The position numbers were made by a program, and so were the translations under genes. Shown in pieces: positions 1 to 8,551 of a stretch of DNA of 64,000 nt (position 1 is its first letter; the number at the start of each line of letters is the position of its first letter). Location of the stretch: positions 28,824 through 92,823 of the forward strand of contig JAAOIK010000007.1 of assembly GCA_015163855.1 (NCBI GenBank), read 5' to 3'. The notes beneath the pieces were generated by a model. That model was not told the DNA's origin. It saw only the letters and a program-made list of their open reading frames with translations, and searched no databases. The stretch is from Pseudobdellovibrionaceae bacterium (GTDB taxonomy: Bacteria; Bdellovibrionota; Bdellovibrionia; Bdellovibrionales; UBA1609).

Positions 1-1609
1 TATTTATTACGCTAACGCAGAAAAAATGTCTAAACTATTAAATCAAATTATTAATCCTACTAAATCTACATCTAGCTCTAGTCGTTTTTCTAGATTTTCT
101 AGATCTTCCAGTACAAGTTCTACTAAATCGGGAGCCGAATCTTACTCCTTAGTAGTAGCCGACGAAAGAAGTAACTCTATTGTGGTAGTAGGAAATAAAA
201 AAGGTATTGGAAAAATGCGTTCTTTAATTAAAAAACTAGACACCCAATTATCTGCAGAAGATGCTGGTGGTGTTTATGTCTATTATGTTAAACACGCAGA
301 GGCAGAAAAAATTGCTAGCGTACTTAATAAATTAGCTAAAGATATTAAATCTACTAAAAAATCTTCTGAGCCCAACGGAAGAAGTAGTTTTTTTAGGCCC
401 TCTGCTAACCAACTCAACACAAAAACAAAAAACACTAGCATTTTAGGCGAAAATGTTAAACTTACTGCTGATAAAGTTACTAATAGCTTAATCATTACTG
501 CAAATAAACAAGATTACCAAACTTTACTAGCATTATTACAAAAATTAGATATTCCCCGAGACCAAGTTTTTGTAAAAACGATTATCATGGAAATTTCTTC
601 AGACAATAGTTTAAACTGGGGTATAAATGCTTTAAAATTTATTAAGACCCCTACAGGAGTCTCTAGAGTTGGTTTTAATACTTCTAGCTTATCCAATATT
701 TTAAACCCTATAAACTCCATAGGCGCTGTTTTAGGTTTTGGAGGTGGAGCAGAAATTAAATTACCCACACCAGTTGGAGGAGTTAGTTCTGTTTCTAGTT
801 TATTAGGATTAGTAGAAGTATTGAAAAAAACCGCTGAAGGTAATGTACTTTATACTCCTCAAATTACTGCCATGGATAATGAAGAGGCTTTGATAAAAGT
901 GGGTTCTAAAGTGCCTGTGGCAAAAACCAGTTCTTCTTCTGCTGCGGCAGGGATTTCTTCTGGAGTAGAAAGAGAAGAGGTTGCCGTGGAGTTAAAATTT
1001 ACTCCCTATATTAACAGAGAGTCTAACTCCGTTCGTTTAAAAATCGATCAAAAAATACAGTCCATTTCTGATGCCGCTAACACAGATATTGAAAATGGTG
1101 TAAAAACTAATATTAGACAATTAAAAACTTTATTAACTATTAATGACGGTGATACTGCAGTACTGGGAGGGTTAACACAAACCGACAGTAGCAATACAGA
1201 AACTAAAGTGCCTTTATTAGGAGATATCCCCCTTATAGGTTGGTTGTTTAAAGGCATTTCCCGCAATAAAGATAGAAAAAACATTATGGTTTTTATTACT
1301 CCAAAAATTATACAAAATGAATCTCAACAAAATGCTTTATTTTTAGAAAAGTTAGAAGAGCGACTAGGTTTTATTGATAAATACTTAAGTAATGCTAAAA
1401 AATTTAAAGCCAATACTCACTCTGCTTTAAATACCAATTTTAATAATAGTTCGACAAAAGAAAATGTACCGGCTTTGGATGAAGGCGATGACGATAATGA
1501 AATTAGTGACGACAATGAAGGCGGTGACGATACTTCTTTTGAAGACAGCGATGAAGAATTATTAATAGAAGACAATCCAAACTTAAACTCTCCCGAAACA
1601 CAAAATTAA
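1..1609 (+). CDS. gspD: Type II secretion system secretin GspD, 5'-truncated by the window edge
   Basis: The frame is open from base 2 (IYYANAEK precedes the listed Met at 26), so the gene starts upstream of the window. Secretin C-domain motifs are present: TAVLGGL, KVPLLGDIPLIGWLF, IMVFITPKII. gspE and gspF follow directly. It also has a Ser-rich insert (STSSSSRFSRFSRSSSTSS) and an acidic D/E-rich C-terminal tail. Confidence 0.92.
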   Translation, partial: IYYANAEKMSKLLNQIINPTKSTSSSSRFSRFSRSSSTSSTKSGAESYSLVVADERSNSIVVVGNKKGIGKMRSLIKKLDTQLSAEDAGGVYVYYVKHAEAEKIASVLNKLAKDIKSTKKSSEPNGRSSFFRPSANQLNTKTKNTSILGENVKLTADKVTNSLIITANKQDYQTLLALLQKLDIPRDQVFVKTIIMEISSDNSLNWGINALKFIKTPTGVSRVGFNTSSLSNILNPINSIGAVLGFGGGAEIKLPTPVGGVSSVSSLLGLVEVLKKTAEGNVLYTPQITAMDNEEALIKVGSKVPVAKTSSSSAAAGISSGVEREEVAVELKFTPYINRESNSVRLKIDQKIQSISDAANTDIENGVKTNIRQLKTLLTINDGDTAVLGGLTQTDSSNTETKVPLLGDIPLIGWLFKGISRNKDRKNIMVFITPKIIQNESQQNALFLEKLEERLGFIDKYLSNAKKFKANTHSALNTNFNNSSTKENVPALDEGDDDNEISDDNEGGDDTSFEDSDEELLIEDNPNLNSPETQN

Positions 1610-1613
1610 ATGT

Positions 1614-3287
1614 ATGAACATAAAGAGTATCTTACTAAAAAACACTAAGCTTTCTGAAGCCCAAATTGTTAATTTATTAAAATTAAAAGGGCCTTTGTCT
1701 GAGTTAAATTTGTCGCAAGAAAAATCTAGTCAGTCTTTACAAAAGAAAATACTACAAGCCCTTTCTGAACAATTATCTATCCCCTATATAACTGATTTAA
1801 ATTATAATGAAATTGCTGTAGATTTAATTAAAAATATTCCCATTCAGTATGCAAAAAATAATTCTGTTTTAGCTTTTAAACAAGATCAAGCAGGTACACA
1901 TATTATTAGTGCCGAAGCATTTAACTCTCATTTGCTACCCGATTTAAAAAATATTTTTAACACGCCTATTCATTTTTATCTTAGCCCCCCCTCCTTATTA
2001 CAAGAGGCCATTAACCATGTTTATGAAAAAAATGCCACAGCTCTTGAAGCCATTGATGGTATTGAAGATGAAGAAATGGATTTAGATGACCCTATTATTG
2101 ATTTACTAGAATCTGATGATGCTGCCCCTGTGGTAAAATTTGTAAATACTTTACTAGCAAGAGCCGTAAAAGAAAAAGCTTCTGATATTCATATCGAACC
2201 TTACGAAAAAAAATTAGCTATTCGATTTAGAATTGATGGTGCCTTGTATGATGTGTCCCAACCTCCAAAGCGATTACAAAATTCCATTGCTTCTCGTATA
2301 AAAGTAATGGCTAATTTAGATATTGCAGAAAAGCGATTACCTCAAGATGGTAGATTTCCTTTAAAGGTTGCAGGAAAAGCTATTGATATTCGTCTTAGTA
2401 CTTTGCCTACCACTTTTGGAGAGCGCATAGTGATGCGTTTACAAGATCAATCTAGCACAATTTTACAGCTATCCCAGTTAGGTGTATCAAAACAAAGCTT
2501 AAAAAGTATTAAAGAAATTTTAACGCAAACTTATGGTATTTTTTTAGTAACTGGCCCTACAGGAAGTGGTAAAACTTCTACCCTGTATGCTGCTTTATCA
2601 CAAATTAATAGTATTGATAAAAATATTTTAACCATTGAAGAACCTGTGGAACAAAGAATTCCTGGCATTGGACAAATGCAAGTAAACTCGAAAATTGGAC
2701 TAAGCTTTGCTTCGGGCTTAAGGTCTATTTTGCGTCAAGACCCTAATGTTATTATGATAGGAGAAATTAGAGATTTAGAAACGGCAAAAATTGCCATACA
2801 ATCTTCTTTGACCGGTCACTTAGTTTTATCTACCATTCATACCAATGACGCTGCTTCTGCCTTTCCCCGCTTAATAGATATGGGTTGCGAACCCTTTTTA
2901 ATTGCCACTTCTTTATCGGGAATTATGGCACAAAGATTAATCCGAACATTGTGCAAACATTGCAAAGAAGCCTATCAACCTACCGATGACGAGTTAGCCG
3001 ACTTACAACTGTCCACAGAACAAACCAAAGGCATTACATTTTACAGAGCCAAGTCTTGCGCGCACTGCAACCACAAAGGTTACTTGGGGCGAACTATGAT
3101 ACAAGAGCTTTTATTAATTACCGATAATATTCGTAGTTTAATTATGCAAAAAAATAATAGTAGCTTAATAAAAGAAGCAGCTTTACAAGATGGAATGCAA
3201 ACTTTTAGAAATCATGGTATTAGTAAAATTCTAGAAGGAGTTACTACAATAGAGGAAATTTTAGCCAATACCCAAGTGGATCATTAA
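1614..3287 (+). CDS. gspE: Type II secretion ATPase GspE
   Basis: Walker A GPTGSGKT, RLPQDGRF motif, IMIGEIRD and LVLSTIHTND boxes, and the tetracysteine CKHC...CAHC typical of GspE-class ATPases. It starts 4 nt after the gspD stop. Confidence 0.95.
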   Translation: MNIKSILLKNTKLSEAQIVNLLKLKGPLSELNLSQEKSSQSLQKKILQALSEQLSIPYITDLNYNEIAVDLIKNIPIQYAKNNSVLAFKQDQAGTHIISAEAFNSHLLPDLKNIFNTPIHFYLSPPSLLQEAINHVYEKNATALEAIDGIEDEEMDLDDPIIDLLESDDAAPVVKFVNTLLARAVKEKASDIHIEPYEKKLAIRFRIDGALYDVSQPPKRLQNSIASRIKVMANLDIAEKRLPQDGRFPLKVAGKAIDIRLSTLPTTFGERIVMRLQDQSSTILQLSQLGVSKQSLKSIKEILTQTYGIFLVTGPTGSGKTSTLYAALSQINSIDKNILTIEEPVEQRIPGIGQMQVNSKIGLSFASGLRSILRQDPNVIMIGEIRDLETAKIAIQSSLTGHLVLSTIHTNDAASAFPRLIDMGCEPFLIATSLSGIMAQRLIRTLCKHCKEAYQPTDDELADLQLSTEQTKGITFYRAKSCAHCNHKGYLGRTMIQELLLITDNIRSLIMQKNNSSLIKEAALQDGMQTFRNHGISKILEGVTTIEEILANTQVDH

Positions 3288-3293
3288 AACACC

Positions 3294-4505
3294 ATGCCTA
3301 CTTTTCAATACCAAGCTTTAGATAACCATGGCAAAAATAAAAAAGGTCAAGTTGAAGCAGAAAATATAAAAAGAGCACGGGCTATTCTTAAAGCAAAAAA
3401 ACTTTATGTTTTAAAAATTGTTAATACTCAAAATAAAAGTAACACAAATGCTTTGTTTACCTCGAAATCTATAAGTACTAAAGAGTTATCTTTAATGACT
3501 CGGCAATTAGCTACCTTACTACACTCGCATGTACCTATAGTAGATTCTATTAACGCTACCGCAGAGCAAACCGAAAACCTTTATTTATCTTCTATTTTAT
3601 TTCAAGTAAAAACAGAAGTTAATGAAGGAGCAGATTTATACAAAGCTTTAAAAAAATATCCTAAAGTTTTTGATTTAACTTTTTTATCCATGATAGAGGC
3701 TGGTGAAAGCTCTGGTACTTTAGATGTTATTTTATTACGCCTTGCAGAGTTTACTGAAACCCAAAGTGCATTAATTAGCCGAGTAAAATCAGCCATGATG
3801 TACCCTATTTTAATGATGTTTGTTATGACGGGTTTAATGGTATTTTTATTTACAGTAATTATTCCTAAAATTACTGGCATTTTTGACTCTACACCAGAAC
3901 TAACTTTAGAGTGGTACACCTTAGCTGTAATTGATTTTAGTAATTTTTTAATAACCAAATGGCCTTTAATTATTTTAAGTGTAGGTGTTTTTATTTTTAG
4001 TTTCCGTAATTGGAAAAACTCTATTAAGGGACGAAGAAAATGGAATGCCCTTGTGTTAAAATTGCCTCTTGTGGGAAAAATGATTCGTATGTTAGCGGTT
4101 TCTCGATTTGCTAGAACACTTTCTACTTTACTTAATGGAGGTGTGCCCATGTTAGAAGCCTTACAAATTGTTAGAAATGTGGTTAATAACGATATTATTG
4201 CCGAAGCCATTGACCAAGCTCGTGATAATATTAAAGAAGGAGAGTCCATTGCTGCTCCCTTAAAGGCCTCTGGACAATTTCCTCCCATGCTAATTCACAT
4301 GGTAAATATTGGAGAAAAAACAGGAAACTTAGAAGAAATGCTATCGCAAGTGAGCGACGCATATGACTTTCAAGTTAATACTTCTATTGATGGATTAACC
4401 GCCCTGTTAGAGCCTTTAATGATTGTTTTTATGGGTGGTTTAGTAGGCGCCATTGTCTTTGCCGTGATCATGCCTATCTTACAGCTTTCCAATTTGGGAG
4501 GCTAA
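3294..4505 (+). CDS. gspF: Type II secretion inner-membrane platform protein GspF
   Basis: Two GspF-family repeats (EAGESSGTLD and IGEKTGNLEEML regions) and three hydrophobic segments. It sits directly after gspE. Confidence 0.93.
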   Translation: MPTFQYQALDNHGKNKKGQVEAENIKRARAILKAKKLYVLKIVNTQNKSNTNALFTSKSISTKELSLMTRQLATLLHSHVPIVDSINATAEQTENLYLSSILFQVKTEVNEGADLYKALKKYPKVFDLTFLSMIEAGESSGTLDVILLRLAEFTETQSALISRVKSAMMYPILMMFVMTGLMVFLFTVIIPKITGIFDSTPELTLEWYTLAVIDFSNFLITKWPLIILSVGVFIFSFRNWKNSIKGRRKWNALVLKLPLVGKMIRMLAVSRFARTLSTLLNGGVPMLEALQIVRNVVNNDIIAEAIDQARDNIKEGESIAAPLKASGQFPPMLIHMVNIGEKTGNLEEMLSQVSDAYDFQVNTSIDGLTALLEPLMIVFMGGLVGAIVFAVIMPILQLSNLGG

Positions 4506-4506
4506 C

Positions 4507-4621
4507 TTTTGTTTTGTTTTGTTTAGCCACAGATTAAGGCTTAAAAAGCGTTCAGCCCGCAGGGATGTGCGAAGCGTAGCTTTTTCAGCCTTAATCTGTG
4601 GCTAAACAAAACAAAACAAAA
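4507..4621. repeat. 115-bp near-perfect palindrome (43-bp arms, 29-nt G+C-rich loop). Possibly a bidirectional transcription stop or a small palindromic element.
   Basis: 4507-4549 (TTTTGTTTTGTTTTGTTTAGCCACAGATTAAGGCTTAAAAAGC) is the reverse complement of 4579-4621 apart from one mismatch (T4542 opposite C4586). The loop 4550-4578 is GTTCAGCCCGCAGGGATGTGCGAAGCGTA. The palindrome fills the whole gap between the convergent stops of gspF (4505) and the coiled-coil gene (4623). Confidence 0.85.
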
Positions 4622-4622
4622 C

Positions 4623-7325
4623 TTACTTAGTAACTATTTTTAAATTACTACAACTAAACACTTTTGCTTGGATTTTTTTAAAGGCTGCTAAAATATTTTC
4701 AGAACTACTATCGTCCCAAGCATCACAATCATCCCATTCATCTTCACAAGCTCCACCTTCTTCTTCTAAGGCATCGGCAAATAATTTTTCCATATCTACC
4801 TGTGCACAAAACCGTTGAACATACTTCACTGCAAAAGCTAAGTTATTTTTTATTTTTAAATTCGATAAAACATAGGATAAATTTTGATCGGCAAAATCAT
4901 ATAAACGGTGAACATCTTTTTGATATTTAGAAGTATTCTTACAATTATATAATTGCATCCACTGATTAGCTAACTGATCGGACCTGCCATTGTTATTCCA
5001 AGAAATATAATTAGAAAAAAATTTTTCCATCTCTATTTTAGTCGATGTCGCTTTATTTTCTACAGCAATACAAGACCTCCAATTAATATGGTCGGCCACT
5101 TTAGAGTAAGTGGGTTTTAAGCTTTGATAGGCTTGGTTTAAAATACTAGCTTCGGAAGCCAACACCGACTCTAAAGCACTTAACTGATTTCTTTTAGTAG
5201 GACTTACTTCAATTTCATCCAAGCTAGCCTGCGCATATTTAGCAATAGTATCACGACTTTTTTGCAATACGGGTTTTACACGAGCAATCGCTTCGGTAAT
5301 AGAAATAGATAAGGTTTTTAAATTATTAATGTCCTTTTTTGTAGAATTAATATGCTTAAAATATTTTTTGGCCTCTGGAATAGTTTTAGTTTCTACTGTA
5401 TGCACTAAGGCCCTAGAAGACTTAATGGTTTTTACTAATTGCGAAATCCAAGAATTAGCTTTTGCAATTAAATCGTTTCTGTCTTTGCTTAGTTTTTCTC
5501 TTTTTAAAATTACAGCTAAATATTTATCCAATCGTGCTTGTAAGGCCAAGCGTGGTGCGATTGTGATTTTTGCTAAACGATCTAAAGGGTTCAACAAAGG
5601 GCTTAACTGCAAACGCACATGGTCTAAGTTTTCGGGCCTTTTTTGTTCTAATAATCGATTAAGCACTTCTTGTACTTTACTAATATTGTTAGACACTTTT
5701 TTTTCTACATTTATCGCCTTAGATTTAAAAGAAGCAATGTTTGTAACAATATTTGGTTTTTCTACTTTTTGTGCCCGACTTTCCATAGAGCTAGCCTCTA
5801 ATATAGTTTTATGCACTTGCGCTACTAAATCCCTTGCTACAAATAAAGAGGTTTTTGCTTTTTCTAACACTTCATTGGCTAATTTTTGTGCCTTTGCCAA
5901 AATACGCTCTCCTTTAATAACCAAAGGAGTTTCTTTAACAGTAATTTGCGATAAATACTTGGCCTGTTTTTTTAAATGCACTTGTAAGTGATTTAAATTA
6001 GGTAAATACCCACTTAGCTGTTTGGTTTGCTCATCCACATCGGTGGGATAAGAAGCTATTACTAAATTATTAAAAAAATAGCGTAAAAGATTGGTTTGTT
6101 CTGTTAATTTTTGGAAAGCTTCCTCGCTAATTCTTTTTTGATCACCAATGCGTTGGCTAGAACCATCCACATAAGCCTTGTTAGCACGATCTAACAGTGA
6201 GGAAGCTTGTGTATTTATTTTTGTATATTCGGAAAAAATAAAATTTCCTTCAACTAACAAGGCCTTACTTTTGGTAATGACTTTTTGTAATTTTCCTTTT
6301 GCAATAGCCAATTCTTTTACAATTTCGGCCTCTCTAATGGCAATGGTATTGTCTTGTTGTGCTAACCACGAAGGTAAAGCCTTTAACTGTCTAGTGTAAG
6401 CGTATTCTTCTACTTGCAAATCATTATATTTATCCTCTACCACGGGAATAAAATAATTTATCTCCCTTGTATAAAGAGTCTGCGCTAAAGAAGACATGGC
6501 CCGTTTTAAATAATCCATTAAATTATCTATTTGCTCTTTCGCTCTTCTACTAGATTGTATTTTTGTTTGTAAGTTATTAATATTCTTATTCATGCGAGCC
6601 ACTTTGGCTCGGTCTAACAAAAAAGATAGTGTTCGCAAATAGCCTTTCATCTCTAACTGCCAATTTTCCCAATCCAACAACAAATCATTAGCTTGGTATA
6701 AAATGCGTTTTCTATTATTTTTAGCCTGAGCCAATTCTACTTCCATTCTTTCAATAGTTCTTTTATTTCTGCGTATCACTGCTCTTAAATCATCCGCTTT
6801 GTTATCAATGCGCCTGCTAAAGTCTCGCGAATAAAAATCATTATATTTTTTTTGCAAAGCCACACGCCTTTTTGGAATGTCTTTATGCCAAGCATTATTA
6901 TCGTTAACTAGTTCTCTTAACCGACGCACTTTGTGTGTTAAATCGTCTTGACCTTGTTCTGCATTATTTATCTTGCGACGCAAAGCTTGTATTTTTGTAT
7001 TTAATGCAAAAATAATGTTTTTAGCATTTACCTCTCTTGCTCTTTGTTTTAACTTTCGGGCGCTTTGTATCTTCCAATGCGCATCACTAATAGCATTGCT
7101 AACTTTTTCCCTTTCCTTACGCGCTTGACGAATCAATTGCTTAGAGGCCTTTACCTCTTTTTCTTTAAATGCATTATTTTCAGAAGGTTTTTTACGCTCT
7201 TTTTTTTCTTTTTTCTCTTTTTTTACTAATTTTTGTGCTGCTGTAAGAGGTGTAGCATGACTAATGTTTGCTAAAATAAAATGAGTACTTAAAACGCTTA
7301 CTAAACTCAAAACAATGGCTTTCAT
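4623..7325 (-). CDS. Secreted giant coiled-coil protein with a Cys-rich acidic C-terminal domain (function unknown)
   Basis: Long ORF. I prefer the ATG at 7325 (AAGGAG 7 nt upstream) over the TTG at 7331. Signal peptide MKAIVLSLVSVLSTHFILANISHA, then a KEKKEKKERKK tract, then about 700 aa of heptad-like K/E/Q/L/R-rich sequence. The last 150 aa or so contain 7 Cys and an EEEGGACEDEWDDCDAWDD acidic patch. Confidence 0.8.
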   Translation of the reverse strand: MKAIVLSLVSVLSTHFILANISHATPLTAAQKLVKKEKKEKKERKKPSENNAFKEKEVKASKQLIRQARKEREKVSNAISDAHWKIQSARKLKQRAREVNAKNIIFALNTKIQALRRKINNAEQGQDDLTHKVRRLRELVNDNNAWHKDIPKRRVALQKKYNDFYSRDFSRRIDNKADDLRAVIRRNKRTIERMEVELAQAKNNRKRILYQANDLLLDWENWQLEMKGYLRTLSFLLDRAKVARMNKNINNLQTKIQSSRRAKEQIDNLMDYLKRAMSSLAQTLYTREINYFIPVVEDKYNDLQVEEYAYTRQLKALPSWLAQQDNTIAIREAEIVKELAIAKGKLQKVITKSKALLVEGNFIFSEYTKINTQASSLLDRANKAYVDGSSQRIGDQKRISEEAFQKLTEQTNLLRYFFNNLVIASYPTDVDEQTKQLSGYLPNLNHLQVHLKKQAKYLSQITVKETPLVIKGERILAKAQKLANEVLEKAKTSLFVARDLVAQVHKTILEASSMESRAQKVEKPNIVTNIASFKSKAINVEKKVSNNISKVQEVLNRLLEQKRPENLDHVRLQLSPLLNPLDRLAKITIAPRLALQARLDKYLAVILKREKLSKDRNDLIAKANSWISQLVKTIKSSRALVHTVETKTIPEAKKYFKHINSTKKDINNLKTLSISITEAIARVKPVLQKSRDTIAKYAQASLDEIEVSPTKRNQLSALESVLASEASILNQAYQSLKPTYSKVADHINWRSCIAVENKATSTKIEMEKFFSNYISWNNNGRSDQLANQWMQLYNCKNTSKYQKDVHRLYDFADQNLSYVLSNLKIKNNLAFAVKYVQRFCAQVDMEKLFADALEEEGGACEDEWDDCDAWDDSSSENILAAFKKIQAKVFSCSNLKIVTK

Positions 7326-7534
7326 CCCCAAACTCCTTATATTTCTACTTGTTTACAATATGAGTTACAATTATCTATAGATTAGTTAAAAGTCTAGTTT
7401 TTTGCCTAAAAAGCCCTGTTTGTTGATTAAATAGCTATGTTTTAGACAAAAAATCAAAATTTTCCTTATACTTTCCAAAAAAAAAACTAGGCAAATGGCC
7501 GAATAAATAAGTATAGACCAGAGGAAAAACAATT

Positions 7535-8551
7535 ATGATACCTATCTCCGAAAACGAACAATTGCAAAAAAATACCCTTGTTAAGCTAATTCAAAATTCT
7601 CAAAGTTTTATTATCACTACTCACAAGCAGTGTGATGCCGACGGCTTAGGTTCTGCTTTAGCAATGCTTTACGCTCTTAAAAAAATGGGAAAATCGGCCA
7701 GACTATTATTAGTGGATGACTTGCCTGATCGTTATAATTTTTTAAATAAAGACTTACTAGTGCAAACTTATAATAGTCCTCATACCCCTATTGAAGATGC
7801 CGATGTGGCTTTAATTTTTGACACCAACTCTGAAAGCCTTGTTAATCCTTTGTACAAAGAACTAAAAAAGCATTGTAAATATATTTCTTTTATAGACCAC
7901 CACCCCTTTGGAGACACTCTTCCTACAGAGTACTCCTTTATACAGGTACACTCTGCCAGCACTGGTGAATTGGTTTTTGATTTAATTCAATCTTTAAATG
8001 TTTCTTTAGACAAAAAAATTGCACGCAGCCTTTACAGTAGTATTGCTTTTGACACTCAAGTATTTCGTTATATTAGAGGCTCTTCTCGATCTTTAAAAAT
8101 TTGTGCAGAACTTTTAGAATACGAAAAAGAACCAGAAAAAATTCATAATTATTTATTTGCATCTTATTCAAAAAATAAAATTAGTTTGTTAGCAGAAGTG
8201 TTTGCCACAGTGGAATACCCTTTACCAGAAGTGGTGATTGCAAAAGTACGATTAAAAGATTTAGAAAAACATAATTTAAAAATGGATGATGTTCGTGATA
8301 TTTTAGATTTGTTAATGAGTATTCGTGAAATTACCATTGGGGCTTTTTTTAGAGAAGATCATCCTAATGAATTTAAATTAAGCTTAAGAAGTAAGGGTTT
8401 TTTACACATTAACTCTATTGCAAAACATTTTGGTGGAGGAGGGCATAAACAAGCCGCAGGGGCCTTAATTAAAGGCGATTACTCCACGGTAAAAAATCAA
8501 GTGTTAAAAGAAATTCTAAAGACTTTAGAAGATAAAAAAAAAGCGTCGTAA
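7535..8551 (+). CDS. nrnA: DHH/DHHA1 family phosphoesterase (NrnA-like oligoribonuclease / pAp phosphatase)
   Basis: Motifs DADGLGS, IDHHPF (DHH) and GGGHKQAAG (DHHA1). AGAGGA Shine-Dalgarno upstream of the ATG. Confidence 0.8.
   Translation: MIPISENEQLQKNTLVKLIQNSQSFIITTHKQCDADGLGSALAMLYALKKMGKSARLLLVDDLPDRYNFLNKDLLVQTYNSPHTPIEDADVALIFDTNSESLVNPLYKELKKHCKYISFIDHHPFGDTLPTEYSFIQVHSASTGELVFDLIQSLNVSLDKKIARSLYSSIAFDTQVFRYIRGSSRSLKICAELLEYEKEPEKIHNYLFASYSKNKISLLAEVFATVEYPLPEVVIAKVRLKDLEKHNLKMDDVRDILDLLMSIREITIGAFFREDHPNEFKLSLRSKGFLHINSIAKHFGGGGHKQAAGALIKGDYSTVKNQVLKEILKTLEDKKKAS

Noticed and set aside
3602-4288. 228-aa ORF antisense to gspF
   Set aside because: It lies entirely within a well-supported gene on the other strand, has no recognisable motifs or Shine-Dalgarno, and long antisense ORFs are expected in AT-rich, codon-biased genes.
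5329-5991. 220-aa ORF (and 6178-6399) antisense to the coiled-coil gene
   Set aside because: This is the mirror image of a K/E/L-rich repetitive coding strand. The composition (F/L/S/C-rich) is typical of a non-coding antisense frame.
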